The position numbers were made by a program, and so were the translations under genes. Shown here piece by piece: positions 39,250 through 53,765 of a stretch of DNA of 64,000 nt. Numbering within the stretch: the first letter of the stretch is position 1; each line of letters starts with the position of its first letter. The notes under the pieces were generated by a model. It had not been told where the DNA came from and searched no databases. It saw only the letters and a program-made list of their open reading frames with translations. This DNA is from Epiperipatus broadwayi (taxonomy: Eukaryota; Animalia; Onychophora): contig JAQFVV010000007.1 in the NCBI GenBank assembly GCA_028023455.1, forward strand, positions 8,060,001 to 8,124,000, given 5' to 3'.

Positions 39250-40960
39250 ATGGAAGAACATCATAGCACAGACAGATAGATATAGATGGAATGACAATAT
39301 GAGTAGTACTTCAGGTAGACAGTTATATATGAGTTTTATAGATATAGAGAAGGCATATGATAGATTAAATAGAAATAGATTATGGGTAAGTTTAAAAAAT
39401 TTGGGAATGGATGAAGCCTTAGTGGATATTATTAAGAGATTATATGAAAATAAATATTATACATATCAATTAGGGGATATAGAATAAGTTAATGTTAAAA
39501 ATGTGGTGGGACTAAGGCAAGGATGCCCTTTGTAATCTATTTTCTTTTTGTTGTATTTTAGTGAAATGGAGAGAGCAATAGAAAGACTAGGAAAAGAGAT
39601 AGAGATACCATTAATCAGTGGCAAGGGAGTATATACTTTGTTGGGACTTTTTTTTTGCAGATGATGTCTTTTTGTGTACAGAAAGAAGAGAAGATATGGA
39701 AGTTATGCTGAGGACATGCTCAAGGGTGGGTTAAAAAATGAAGATTAAATTTAGTCAAGAAAAATCAAGTGTAATGATGGTTAATACTGGGGAAAGAGAA
39801 GACAAATATTTTTTATTGGGGGATATAAAGTTAAGTGTGGTGAATAGATGTAGTTATTTGGGAATCATCTTAAATAATCAGAAAATTTTTTTGGATGAAT
39901 GAGAGAAAAAATTGATAAATGAAGCAAAGAAAAAAAAAGGATTGATAAAGAAATTAACAGTGTTTTCATATAATAAATATGATGTAGCTAAAATTGTATG
40001 AAAGGGAGTTGCAGTAACAGGGTTAACATATGGCAATGATGTGTTATGTGTTAGTAAAGGTGTATTAGATTACTTAGAAAAAGTACAAAGGGAAGTAGGA
40101 AACCATGCATTAGATGCAGATGTGTGGACAGCAAAGGAGGCAATTCAAGGAGAAATGGTATGGCCAAGTTTTATATGAGAGATGCAAAAAGCAAAATGAA
40201 AATGTTCAGTAGATTGCAGTTTATGGATAATAAAAAAATAGCCAAAATAATATTTAATTGGGTTATGAGTAAAGGGTTGGCAACAAGATGGGTGAGAAAG
40301 GTGATGTGGTATGCAGAAGATTTGGATAAAGAATTTATATCAGTATACTTGTACAAAAGATGGGATAATTGCATTAGGAGGATTTTGAGTGCTATCATGG
40401 TAAGGAATAGGATAAAAGAAATAGATGCATTAATAAAGAATAGGGAGTTGGAGAAATGGAGAACTAGTATAAAGAATAAAAAGAGTTTAAATATAAATAG
40501 AAGTAAATGCAACATTGGGTGTGAGTTACTTACAATAATAGCAAGAAAGTAGTTTATTGTTTAAAGCTTGAACAGGGTCTTTAGCAACAAGGGAATATAC
40601 ATGTAAATGGGAAAATATGGGTGATTTAGTCTGCAAGTTGTGTAAGGAAGGCATAGAAAATATTAGGCATCTGTTAAATGTAAATGCTTGAAAGCAGAAA
40701 GGGTACAAATAATGAAGTTATGGAAGAATAAATATGAACAAAGTGATTATACAGAAATCGGGTTATTGGTTTTTATGCTGGGTTTGAGAAAAGATAAGGG
40801 AGATTCAGATATGAAGGCCATAAAGTTGACAAAGATTATGTTGTGGAAATGAGATGGAGCAGATTATGGGAAAACTTAGTGTGTGGAATTTTCTGGGCAT
40901 AGGGGCTGAGAGAATCCTGACTCCATATAAGGAGAAATCACAGTGCATCACATCACATCA
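39250..40960 (+). mobile_element. 5'-truncated LINE (RTE-X-like, tentative): RT plus CCHC knuckle, (CATCA)n tail
   Basis: FIDIEKAYD, GLRQGCPL, FFADD, YLGI, GLTYGNDV, EAIQGEMVWPSF, CKLCKEGIENIRHLL; multiple stops; ends cagtgcatcacatcacatca. Confidence 0.88.
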
Positions 40961-41239
40961 TATTAATTAAGGGAAAGTTACAAATATAGATAATTCAGAT
41001 GCAATGAAGAAGAGAATAATTTTACATAGATACCTAAAATGTTTTTGATCAGACTAAGCAGCATTTTAAAATTTTCATTGAAGATTTTACTGCCAAGCTC
41101 AAAAAGCAATTGCAAGAACTTCTTACCTTCACTAAAACCCTGCTACCTACTGTAGGTTTTAGTAACTATAGATGTAAGGTGATAGTGCTTATTAAATTCC
41201 TATACTATTCAATACTCCCAGAATATTTTCATAAACCAC

Positions 41240-41470
41240 CAAACATCACATGATCACCATTTTTTATGCTTGCTCATCACTGTTATTAAAACAGTCAAAA
41301 CACTCCATAGAGTGGATAAGTAGGCATTAGACAAGGATTTTATGAGCAAGCCTTCTAGAAACCATTGATTTTTCTGGCTTGCACTGAGTGGCACTGCTAT
41401 ATAGAGAGTTTTGCCTGTTTTAATAGTTTCGTACTTATGACTTTCATCAGTGAAATACCTTTGGATCTTG
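41240..41470. mobile_element. H1 composite copy with partly degenerate hammerhead
   Basis: catcacatgatcaccatt..., then gcttgcactgagtggcact..., then minus CTGATGA-AAGTcataaGTAC-GAAAC at 41453-41425. Confidence 0.7.
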
Positions 41471-43539
41471 CAACAGTGCACTATCATCTGGCATATATTA
41501 GTTACTAAAATATATAATAGGTGGCATGGCTGTAATAAAAAAAACAGATACTGCTGAAACAGCATGTGTAGCTGGAGTTATATGATAGAATCATGTGATA
41601 CTGTAAAAATTATAAGTGAATTTATTTAGAAGCAAAACTAAAAGAGATGAGATGGCAACATTGGTGAGAAAATTTATATGTAGGATACCTCTAACTCACT
41701 TGATGCATGAAGGTTGATCATGAAATGCATGCATATTCTGAGTTTCTGTGCTCATGCATGATTGTGATAAAGAGGATTTGAGAAAAGAATGCATTGTTAA
41801 AACAAAAATTTTGAAAACATCATATAATTTTTTGGCAGAAAAAAGCTATATATTAGAAGTCCTTTTTTTAAAAATAATAAGAAACATTAAAAAAAATCAT
41901 GAAAACTCCTAAATAAAGAGAAAGCTGAGTTTGTCAATACTTTGACTACTAGAAAAGATGCTATTAATAGATTTAATGCATGAAGTAGAAATTAAAAATT
42001 ACTACAAAATACAGAGCCAAAAGTATTAAGCTAGACAGTACCAATAAGTTGATATGCACGCATATTTGGATTCAGACTATATCTTGCAAACATTTTAAAA
42101 CCCTAGCAGATTTCAATAGTACCTCAAATATGAATAAGATTAATAAGAAAATAATTAAGTCTATTAAAACCTATTTTATAAATATGAGATTAAAAAATAA
42201 CAATTCATCAATAAATTATTGATTGAGACAATACTATGTATGAAATAAAAATATGAAAATATTTAAAATAAAATCCTACAACAAAAAAAAAAACGGTTGA
42301 TAAAATTAGAAAATATAATTGTGAATAAAGTTATATGAAATATATTGATATTGGAAGAAAAAAGTGGTGGCACTATTATAAAAAATGAAAGATTATATAA
42401 AAAAATATGTAAATTTTATACACATATAAAAGCTATATAATAACAAGGAATCTAAAAATAGAATAACCTCTATGATTATTTTCTCATTTGACATTCACAG
42501 TAATAAAAAAAATAGGTGATGCACATAAGTAAATATATTAAGAATGCAAATATTTGTGAAATGGTAGAATTATTATAATACTTAGTCAAAAACAGATAAA
42601 GAAATCGAAAAGTTAAGATTTGGAAATATAAGAATTCTGAAGAAGTTTGCTTGGCAATTGAAACTGTCAATAGTGGGTTGTAAAAAGCATTGTAAAAAGT
42701 AATAAAGAACATAGATGATATTAATACTATAAAAGTTAATTAAGTGATTAATATTTTAAAAATGATTGCAAAACTACAATAATGAAGTTCATATTTATAA
42801 AAGTTAAAAAAAATTATAATCTATCATTTCTATGCAAAAATTTCAGTAAGATTTTTATAACTTTTTTCTGAAGAACTTTTACATTTAATGGCCTCATAGC
42901 AAATCAAAATATTTTGTGTATATTAAGATATATGAAAGAAACTAATAATGTAAAAGTGAAGAGAGTAACACCTTCACTTTCTCAAATCAAGATGCTTCAG
43001 ATTGGCCTATATAAATTAAAATTTGGGTTAAAGACAAGATGACTGCTCTTATTTTTATAAAGTATCTTGTGTTTGGGTTTGAGAGTTTTTTATGTACTCC
43101 ACACAACATTATTGAGTTTATATAAATTGGTACAGTGTATATATAAAAAGATGAAAATCCCTTCTATTTAATCATTTACCCAAATAGTAAAAAAAGTTAT
43201 TAAAAAATCAATGAATATAAACTGCCATTTTGCTTCAGATTTATAGATTGTGAAAAGTCACATGATTCTATAAGCATTTTAACAATGATTCAAGCTGTAC
43301 AACCAATATATTATAACATTTTAAAAAAATATCTACCAATTTCACCAGCAGCAGTTAGACTATATAATGATTCTACAAAGATCAATATTTGCAAGAAATA
43401 TGACAAAGTAATTCTGAAAAATATTTTCATCAGTTCTAAAGAAAATATTTTATGCATTCACATGTAAATTTAAACGAAATGGGTACTAAAATTAATGACA
43501 TTGCATGACTTTTCATTGGCTTATTCATATGTTTCCATG

Positions 43540-43810
43540 ATCAATTCTCTTTAATCAGTTTTATGGCCACCTACTGCAAGACTAAGTAATCAGTGGATTT
43601 CAGATAATATAATTCTATAAACTCCTCATGTGTAGATTGGTTTACAACTTTTGTCTTCATTAGTGAAGTCTAATAGCTGTCACATGCATAAATCCAAGTT
43701 TTGTTGCAAAACAAAAACCAGAAACTGATATAGAGTGGCTTTATAGCACCATGCCACTGCTATTCAATGACTATCCAAGCTTCCAGTAGATGGGTACTGT
43801 AAAAGTAACT
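43540..43810. repeat. Highly degenerate H1-like copy
   Basis: gcaagactaagtaatcagtggat and ggtttacaacttttgtcttcattagtga resemble H1 and its hammerhead. Confidence 0.4.
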
Positions 43811-44941
43811 GCTCTTATGAAGTGTTTTAGTAGAAAGACTTTAACCTTAAAAACAATTATGCATTTGAAAATTAACATTTGTATGAATATCTTTGTTTAA
43901 CAATGGATATTTACATATCAGAGTTTGGGCATTTAATAAAAGAGTATTTGAAAAAATTCAGATCTCATTAAAGAGTATAGAGAGATATAGATTGACTTTA
44001 ACAGGGAGGAACTAAAAGTTAAATAAATGGTGGATAAGGTGATATCACTGAAATAATTAAGAAACTGAATAAAATCAAGCTGTCATGTTATTAAAAAAAA
44101 TGGTATGAGATAGTCAAATAAACTAAAAATCAAAAACTCATAAAAAATCTAAAAAGAAACCATATGTCAGATAGATAGATAAGATAATAAATTTTACTGC
44201 AGTAAGAGAAAAATTGAAAATTATGGATCTAATAAACAGGATTAAATTCAGAAAAACATTCATCTGCTATATGCTGATGGTCATATTTAAAAAGCATGAA
44301 CAGATACAATGATATTGAAGCCTGATTTATCTATTTATATAACATAAGAGTTGCCACATATCAAAATATAACTGAACTTTTCTGATACATCTTATGTTTT
44401 TGAAAACCTTGTGACTATTTGATCAATTGTTTAATGTGTATTAAATTAAGACATGAAACACATTTGACCAAATCATATAAATATTTTTTTTAATTATTTA
44501 ACTACAGAAAGATAAGTACTAATCTAAAATTCCTAGCTACAATTTTTTTTTGAAATTGTAAAATTTTCAGATTTCAATAATAAATATTTTTAAAAAGTTC
44601 AATTTTACTATCTGTAGTTTAGTATTAATTAATTCATTAAATGATTAGTTCTGAATATATCAGTAAGATAATTTACAAGTGAGATTCCCCCAAAATAAGT
44701 TAAATAAATCTCACAATGTTTTCAACTATCACTAAACAAAATAGATTGATATAACAAAATGTGGGCTTTATTTGAAACTTCATTTAAATGATTCTTTAGG
44801 AATGTTGTTGTATATTATCTTAGTAATATATCTGAACTTGTTTGTTCCATTAGCATTCTATATATTGATAAGCTATGCAATATTCAATTTCATTTACTAG
44901 CATAGAGATCATATATAATTTAAACAAAGGGATTTACATGA

Positions 44942-45290
44942 TAAGCACATGCAATGTAGTTATGTAAGAATAACTCAACAATGTCTTGTTGAGTATTGAG
45001 ACTACTCTCAAACCAAAGTGCAAGATAGAGACTTTTGAAAATATAAGACTGGCTGTCTTATCACAAATGATAATATATAGACAGAAATTAATAGATATAA
45101 AGTAAATAATAAAACAACTTCACACTCTCAAAGTAAGGTGCTTTAAATTGGCCTATATAACTAAATTTAGGTACAAAACATAAGATGGCTGCTCTTTTCA
45201 AAAGCCTTTATCTTGTGCTTTGGTTTGAGAGTACCTTCAATACTCAACAAGACACCATTATTATAATAATATTACAGTACATGTGCTTAG
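44942..45290. mobile_element. Hairpin element; a further single-arm copy lies at 42960-43120
   Basis: tgtcttgttgagtattgagactactctcaaaccaaagtgcaagata is inverted against tatcttgtgctttggtttgagagtaccttcaatactcaacaagaca. Confidence 0.75.
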
Positions 45291-46389
45291 GGTTTAAATA
45301 TCTTCTTCTTAAATTATACTGATAAGCTATAAAATTGTTTAGGGGCCCATTAAGATCATTATAATAGTTTAGCTTAAATATACTTTTTGTATACTGTGTA
45401 AATTAGTGCAAATAGTAATAATATATGCTTACATTTATACATTTTTATATAGAATTAATTAAAGCAATAAAACAAAACAATAATTTGTCATTTTGCTTGG
45501 TTAATAGAATCTTAGGAAATTGTGTTTGGATTAACGCTAATATGTTTGTATTATGTGTATATAAACGAATGCACGCTCACAAATATATAAGCGCATTTTC
45601 CCCTCCTTACCAAACAAATTATTTTAATTGAGAATAAAGTAGTGATATATTAAAATTGTTTTAAATAGCTTCTTATTCCATTGTTTATTTTAAAAAACAA
45701 CGTTAATTAATCTGAAAGAAGTTGAAACTCTCTCCTTTTTCTTTTCCTGAATATTGATAACTTAATATTTACTTGCCTAGAAGTTACTGACTAAAGTCAG
45801 ATATCAAATTACTAATGCACTATCTTTCGTATTACTTTATTAAATTAAGATTTAAAAAAAATTAGCTCTTGGTAAGTAACAAAAACTAGGAATTATTATT
45901 CGGTTTATTAGTACTAAATTAATGAAAAATATATGGAATGAAAAAAAAAAGAAGTTAATTTTAAAAATGAATTAAAGCTGTAACAAAACTAAGCAACCAA
46001 ATTAACTATTCATATCATATCACAATAGAAAATGCATTTTTAATGAGAAAATGTCCAAACAGAATTTGTGACTAACTTTTAATTAATTCCTAGAAGAATT
46101 AAATAGTAATTTTGGGAATTAAACTAGAGCTTGAGGCAAATGTCCTAAACCACAAATATCTACAATATCACGGTGAAGTCAAAATTTTAGCCATACGTTG
46201 CGGTCAAACTCATAGCAGTATTAGTCATGACACTGAACATATGCTAACATTCTAAATCACAATAATTCAGACATTATTACAAACTCAATTTGTTACAATC
46301 AGATTCATAAAATAGTAATATTTAAGAAATGGCTGTTGCATTATTCTAAAGAGTTCACACATTGCCTTTACTTAAGAAAATTAAACTAT

Positions 46390-46810
46390 AAATAGCAGCA
46401 CTTATCTCCATATAGTAGTGCCACCCACAGTAATCAATGGATGCTAGAAGTGTGTGCAACAAAATTCCTATCTAACGTCAACCCATCCAATAATGTCAGA
46501 CTAGTTTTTAGTTTGTAACTTTCATCAGTGAGAAGCATTCGATCTGATAATTGCATCTATATATATAATGCAACCCTCTAGAAGCAACTTTTTACCTTTT
46601 TAATTAATTATTAATATATGAGACCAAAATGAAAACAATGTTTTCAATCCAATCTAATTTACTTGTATAGTCATAAAGATCAAACCCAGTTTAATATCTA
46701 TTCATTTTGGAGTCTTTGAGTATCATATGTTAACTATTATGGTTACTGTTTGGAAAGAGTTACTACTGTTTCAACATCATGTAAGCATAAGAAATGGTAG
46801 TCACACAAGG
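46390..46810 (-). mobile_element. H1 copy covering most of one monomer
   Basis: Minus core 46532-46496 reads CTCA-CTGATGA-AAGT-tacaa-ACTA-AAAAC-TA-GTC-TGAC; spacer (tggattgaaaacattg) is contiguous. Confidence 0.75.
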
Positions 46811-47298
46811 TTTTAATAGATTAATTAAACAATACACAGAAAGATTTTTCCTTCCACATCATAAAACTTCTATCCAAACCATATCCTGCATTGATGATGT
46901 CCTGATAATTTTTAAGTCTTAATTTTGATCTGTATATTTTAAATCAATTCCAAACATCAACTTGATCCATAATACAATTTTTCCAATTGCTTATGTGGCA
47001 GCAGTTTATTAGCCCTAAATTACTATCACTCTCCATGGGTTATTTTTCATTCTTTTTGGCATTATAATTAATATGGCTAAAACACAATTATGTTATCACT
47101 TGAACTATTTTATAATGAATATATTTAGCATGGAAATGAAAGCATTCTGTCCCAAACTGCTTTATTTCAATATAAATGTTTGTATAGTAAGTACTATTCT
47201 TGCTGGAATGCATGTTTGCTATTGCCATGAATATTGCTATTTAATACTATTATTTAAGAAATTTATGTTTGTAATGGAAGCATAAATCTGGAGCTTAC

Positions 47299-47338
47299 CC
47301 TGACATTTTTTTCCAATCAGATTTGCATGCTTTCTCAG
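47299..47338 (-). CDS. Candidate second coding exon (AEKACKSDWKKMSG), phase 1 to 2
   Basis: Acceptor gatgttttcttgcag, donor GG|GTAAGC; open in the phase required by the exon at 49487-49556. Confidence 0.45.
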
Positions 47339-47591
47339 CTGCAAGAAAACATCAATTTAAAATATCTTATTTTTTTGTAATTTATATTAACTTTCCCCTC
47401 CCCTCAAATATCATCACTAGTTTTTATTTCCATTTCACAGATTATGCTTTCAGACATACCAATCTATTATATCAATATAATACCAAACCTTTTTAATGGT
47501 ACTTCATTTCTTAAACATTAATATGTGGGGGAAAATAATGGATTTAGAAGTGAATAGATAAACATCTTTATGTTCTCAAACTAAGACACTT

Positions 47592-47705
47592 CAGATTTAC
47601 CTATATAATTACAATGCAGTTTTACAGCTAAGATATCCAAAATAGTAGCAGATTTACCTATATAATTACAATGCAGTTTTACAGCTAAGATGTCCAAAAT
47701 AGTAG
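47592..47705 (+). repeat. 57-bp tandem duplication (one mismatch) inside the hAT remnant
   Basis: cagatttacc...aaaatagtag at 47592-47648 and 47649-47705. Confidence 0.95.
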
Positions 47706-48700
47706 CAGATAGTACAGTTAAAATGACCTTAAATATGGCCAACAAACAAGTTGAAGACATTAAATTATCTTCAGCTTTATCAATTGCAGTGGATGAGTCT
47801 TGCAACATCAGGGGCATAGCCCAGATTTCCCTTTATATGCTGTATATATTTTCTGAAGGTCCAAGAGAAGAACTTTTAGGATGATTGCCACTCATGAGCC
47901 AAATGTGAGAAACGGACATAGCAAAGGCTATCATTGAATGCACACACACAAAAAAAAAACATCGTACTTGATAAAATTGTGTCAATTGCAACTGATGGTG
48001 CAAAAAGTATGATGGGATTGAAAAAAAGGATTTGTTTCAATTTAAAAAAAAAAACATTAATCATAAAGTGATTACTTTTCATTGTATATTTCATCAAAAA
48101 GCACTTTGTGCACAAACATTTTCAGAAAAATCGGTAAAGTTATGGACTTGGTAATTAAGATTATTAATTTTATTGCAGCAAGAGGATTTAACCATCAACA
48201 ATTTGAAAAGTTGCTATGTGAAATGGAGAGTGAGTATTCAGGGTTTGATGGCTTTCCAGAGGCAACATGTTAAACCATTTTGCATAAATGAAATCAAAAA
48301 ATTTCTCTGTAACAAGGGTGTTCGATATTTATGTTTAAGAGAAGATCAGTGGTTACAAAAATTGTATTTCATAGTGGATGTTACATCACAACTGAATCAG
48401 TTCAATTGTAAATTAAACAGTAAGAGAAATACTGCTTTTTCAATGGTAGAAGAAATTGTTTTGTTTGAAAAGAAATTGACTCTATTTGCTGAAGATTTAG
48501 AAAGGAAAACTTTAATTCATTTCCCAAATTTGTCTCAATATCATTGAGAAAACAATGCCCTCATTAACAAAGACTATTTTAAGACAACAATTTTAAACAT
48601 GAGAGAATCTTTTCATCAAAGGTTTCAGGAATTTAGAAATGATAAAGCAACTCTAATTTTTATTATGAATCTTCTTAATGCCAATGCGAGAGAATTAAAA
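47600..48700 (+). mobile_element. hAT (Charlie/SPIN/Buster-group) transposase pseudogene
   Basis: IAVDES, IATDGAKSMMG, FHCIFHQKALC, WLSRG (48249), WLQKLYFIVDVTSQLNQFNCKL, HFPNL; frameshifts and stops. Confidence 0.88.
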
Positions 48701-49486
48701 TAGGTGGAGCTGCATCTAGAAAGAAAGTCACTTGCTTCACAGCTCTCTTAAAAAGGCCTTAAAAAGTCAGTTTTGCTGCAATCAAAGGTATTCCTTATAG
48801 TACTTGTTCCTTTAAAGAACATTATTCTCTACCTTTTTATTCATAACTATCAGTCTTTAGTGTATTTTTATTATTATTTCACTGTATCTACCGTCTGCTC
48901 ATCTACAATAGACAACCAGATTATTTCACCTGATTGATGGATAGGTTCACTGTTTTATGAATCATAGAATGTTTTATTCTCTCTTAAACTAACATAAAAA
49001 ATAATTTTGTAATCTTTCTCAAATTAAGATACCATTTATGGATATTAAACCAACCCCCCACCTCATTCTAACAAAAAATTACAGTATAAATAATGGAATT
49101 CTTGCAACATCTCGATTTTTGATTTTTTTAAAAATCAATCAATAAATCCATATGGCTTTGATATTCCTAGAGATTCATTAATAGTTGCAGGGCCACAGCA
49201 AATTGTTGTGCCTATTAGCTTAGTTGAGGGTAAATACAAACTACACACCACATAATTAATAACCTTAAAAGTTATGCATATAATCACAGAATTGAAATAA
49301 TTAAGGAAGCACCACATATAATAAATCTATCATCTGGTTAAAATATTTAAATATTCTTTAATATTGTTTGAAAAGAAAAACAACTATTTTTATCATAGAA
49401 TTAGAATTCTGGTCTAAGGAAAAGGTTACCCAAGATAATGAGCAATTATCAGGGATGAGATTCGAGTGTTTAATATCTCTACTTAC

Positions 49487-49556
49487 CTGACAAGTGGAAG
49501 TTGTTTGTAAAATGTGTAGCTATTGCAAGTAATAGCAGTTGTTTGATAAATCCCAT
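49487..49556 (-). CDS. Candidate first coding exon encoding a signal peptide (MGFIKQLLLLAIATHFTNNFHLS)
   Basis: gagaccATGG start context, short basic n-region and hydrophobic core, CAG|GTAAGT phase-1 donor; acceptors upstream at 49659 and 49666. Confidence 0.5.
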
Positions 49557-50544
49557 GGTCTCATTCTAGTAAACATAACCCTTCCAACCACACTTGCTTG
49601 TCTCATAAGAGGTCCAATACTATAAGCTGTCCAGCAGCTTCTCATAACTAATTGTATTCTATAAACTGTGGGTGATATGTGTTACTGGTAATAATTTTAG
49701 ACTGATGAATTACCATTCTGAGTGTGACTCTGTAATACTGGACTTTCTCTTAAATGATCTCAATTTTATAACCAGATCCCCTACTTTATTGTGGACAATC
49801 ATATTACCTGACCTGATTATTTGATTGATTGATTTGTGCCACCCTTTTTTTTTGCTTACATTATACATCTTTCATTGGTAAACATATTATATTCTCTGGG
49901 TCTGATTTAGAATTCTCTGTAAGTTGGGTGTCCATTCTGGGGGGTTAAATCACAATTGGAATGAACAATAATAATATTGTTTTTTGGAATAAATTGTTTT
50001 GATATGACATTCAATGTGATAATTTATGATCTTCTTAGTTTAAGATTAAAGTCTTCAAGATGTGCAGTTTTTTTTGATAATGCAAATAACTTTCATTAAA
50101 AAAAATTCTAATATATTAATTACTAAAACCAATAATACATCACATGACCTCTGCTTATATCATGTCTTGTAATTTAAATTTCAAAAATTAATAGATGCCA
50201 GAGAGTAGTGTTTATTAAATCTCTAGCCAGTGCTGACATATCCAGTATATCTAAAATATTATGGCTTCCATAAATGAGATTTTGGATCTTTTTGTTCTAA
50301 TGCATATTTCCTCTGGAATCCATCTTTTACTTCTTTGCTTTACTATCAAGCTATTAGCCCAAATGGAAAAACATGCTAATATTTCCAATCCACATCAATT
50401 TACTTATAGTTACACTGATATGAAACCAGTCCAATATATATATATGAAAAACAAAAAACACAAGTTAAAAAACTTGCTAACGCTTGTATTTATGATAACA
50501 GATGGCATTCTACCAAAAACACCATAACACCATCTGTTACCATA

Positions 50545-50790
50545 TATATATATTGATAAATTCATAGAAATTAATCAACACTTAGACAATCCCAATATCA
50601 ATAACTTTCAACAATCTGAAACCATTGTCAAGGCAATCTCCTTTTAACAATAAAGGCATAATTGATAACAATCAACAATCTTAAACCATTGTCAAGGTAA
50701 TGGTAAAATTCCACCTTTATTTTTAAAAGGAGGTTGCCTTGAACAATTGTTCATTGTTATTGATATTGGGTAAGTGTTGACTGATTTCTA
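50545..50790. mobile_element. H3 hairpin with internal partial duplication
   Basis: atagaaattaatcaacacttagacaatcccaatatcaataac is inverted against gttattgatattgggtaagtgttgactgatttctat; caacaatct.aaaccattgtcaagg occurs twice. Confidence 0.75.
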
Positions 50791-50833
50791 TAAATTGACT
50801 TAAAAACTTTCTAGTCTTGAGCATTATTACACT

Positions 50834-50934
<101 letters not shown>

Positions 50935-53169
50935 GATGACATTATTAACTATAGCTATTTTTATCTCTTGGTCAGTAATGGCATAAAGCCAATGGCACAC
51001 AACATGCCTATTGCTTTTAGAAACAAAGCCCTCTATGACAAGAGTCATAAGATAAAAACTAATCTAGGAATAATGGACTGGAAAGCTCTGGATATAGATT
51101 TAATAAGCATTACCATTTGTCATCTATTGATTGTTAAAGCTTACATTAGGTGGGAAAAATACAGTTAGTAAAAAAACATATTTACTGCTATTTTAAAGTA
51201 ATATCATATAAACTAAAGAATAATCACACAGATCAATTTTATCATTATTTTATGTAGTAGGTAACATTTCAGCATATTTTAATCTACCAAATATAAACAG
51301 AAACACAAATGCTTAATCTAATCACATCAATAAATTGTAATGCTATAAGCATCAGCAAATATTTCTACAGTAGCACATATTTGGATTTGCAATCCATGCT
51401 AGACTTGCATAGTTTATTAAAGGGGAAATCATTTTCTAAAATGGATGAGGAATTAAGTTTTATCCACCCTTACAGATTTTTCTTAAATATTTTTTTTTCA
51501 ATAAATAAGAAATATCTTTAAAGCACAGCATGGTTTGGCACAGTATTAGAATGACAGATTCTGGAAGTCAAGAAATTTTGATCACAGCTGAATATTTTAT
51601 AAACAGACCAATAAGCTGTTCAATTAACTTATCTTTTAATTTTATATCTAAAACTTCTTAATTATTTATTCAGCATAGTTAGAATGCAATTCTATAGAAC
51701 AGATAAAATTTTTTAACTAAACCCTTCTCAACTGTGTGATAAAGAAGATTCAATAATGTTGCTGTGTTTTTCTGCTCTTTTACACTCTCTTGTAAATTAT
51801 GTTTTTAATAATAGAAACTGAAACTCAATAAAATATTGATTTATTATTTTGAAAAAAAAGTATTCTATAGAGAAAGTACTGCAAATGATATGGCAAGGCC
51901 ACTAATTGATAAATTCATTGATCACGGCTTTAAGAGCAGTCATGAGACCATTTATAAAATCTTGTTCTATTGTAAAAACTTAGCAAAAAATTGTATACTT
52001 TCTATAGTTTATCAATTATTTATGATTATTTTAACAAAATATTTGTACAATAGTCATTACAAATATTTTAATAACTATATTTAGATTTAATTTGAATATT
52101 TTATTTTTAAAAAATACAAATTAAGAAATTCATAATGATGGTAAAAAAGAAACTAAGATTGATAATGGTCTACCAAATACTATATTACAGGACCATTATA
52201 TTTTAATAATTATAAATGAAATTTTAAATTTTAGAATACAATGTCATAGCTTTATTATGACTTAATAATTTATTCAAGTTTTAGAAATAAAATTCAATTA
52301 ATTAAGATTTTATTTTTTACCAGCATTATGATAATTGTCCAATAAAAAAAAGTCATACTTCTCATTATATATATTTCAATTTTTTTTTCTATATTTGCAG
52401 AGTTGAAATATGATTTTTTAAAATGTTTTTTGTTTGCAAACTTATATTTCTAATAAATCAAATTATAATTTATTGATTTGCAAAGAAATAAAGTCATATA
52501 TCACATGACCTAATTTAATAAGCTTGTGTTACAAATGTTATATATAGAGCTCACAAATAAGCTTTTGGAAAGCCAGTAGCAGAAACCAGTCTGGGATTGG
52601 GGATATTCTGCAAAGCTTATCAAGAGCTCATTTGCAAACTCTATATATAAAATTTATTGATTTGTAATGTAGAATAAAAATTTTAATAGTAAAGTAAATG
52701 TTGAATTAATAATTCAAACTGCTACTAGAGGATGATGCAAGTAATAATGAAACATAGGAAAGTTAATATTAATGTAAAAGGTAATACATTGGAAAACAGT
52801 TCACAAGATATTCTATCATAATTATCAATCTAAAGAATGTGAAAAAGACCATTGTGAAAAATTACAATAGTTTCACATTAAACACATCTTACTATATGAA
52901 GTTTGCATTTACCTATGATAAATAACATACTGTTTGCTATAGTTGACTTTAAAATGAACCAGACTGCAATGAAGTCAATAAGAGTGGGCAGTCACAGATG
53001 TATATGGTGGAGAAATGTCAGTCATCTGAGTGTTGTTTGCATGCATTTATGCATTGCAGATTATGAAATATTTCAACAATTTATTTGACAACCTAGGTTC
53101 AAATCTTATATTAAAACCTAATACTCTTTAATAAATTGCTAGATACAAAGAGTACCTAAAAGTAACCAG

Positions 53170-53765
53170 AATTTTAATAAAAAATTGTCTATTTATCTTT
53201 AGGTGTTATTATTTAAATTCCTTCAAAATACTGCCCATACACTAAAGTAGTCTGTAAACACTTACAAAGTAAAGCCTTTTAACTCCTGCATCATTTTTGT
53301 CTTCATTTCTTGTAAATCCACCAAAAAAATGAGGCATTTTATCATTCAAAATATTAAAAAGAAGTTATGTAGTTAGAAATTGGGAGAATATGGCTGATAG
53401 ATTAGCTGGGTAATGTTGAATTTAATTAAAGATTGTTTCACACTCAAAGCTTTGTACCCAGGCACATTGTCATAATGAACCTTGTACTTCTCACTTTGCC
53501 ACAAAATGAGATGTTGACATTTTACCACAGTACCTAAATGTTTCAGAATGTGTGGATAAAATGTCTGACCATTACAAACTAATTCTGAGAGAAAAATGTC
53601 ATTTGCATGTCTTGTTTCACATTGGACTTTTATTCTCTATGATTTTTTTGGAACATGGTCAATTTGACGCTTTCATTAAACCATTTGTAAACTTGGGTTT
53701 CTCCCAGAACAGCTTTTTTGTAATCTGTTTTGTGTCAGACCGTATATAATGCCCTCGCATAAAAT
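53170..53765 (-). mobile_element. Mariner (Tc1/mariner) transposase remnant
   Basis: Minus: ETQVYKWFNE and HYDNVPGYKALSVKQSLIKFNITQLIYQPYSPNF, corresponding to the mariner HDNAPAH...HPPYSPDL region. Confidence 0.75.

Noticed and set aside
40171-40708. Hydrophobic minus-strand ORFs
   Set aside because: Antisense shadows of the purine-rich LINE coding strand.
41127-41165. Minus exon LLKPTVGSRVLVK with AAG|GTAAGA donor
   Set aside because: Wrong phase to follow the 47299 exon, and overlaps a small palindrome beside an H1 copy.
49483-49570. Plus-strand reading CVAIASNSSCLINPMV resembling GPCR TM7
   Set aside because: Stops immediately, has no splice support, and no other GPCR helices were found; the minus-strand signal-peptide reading has better signals.
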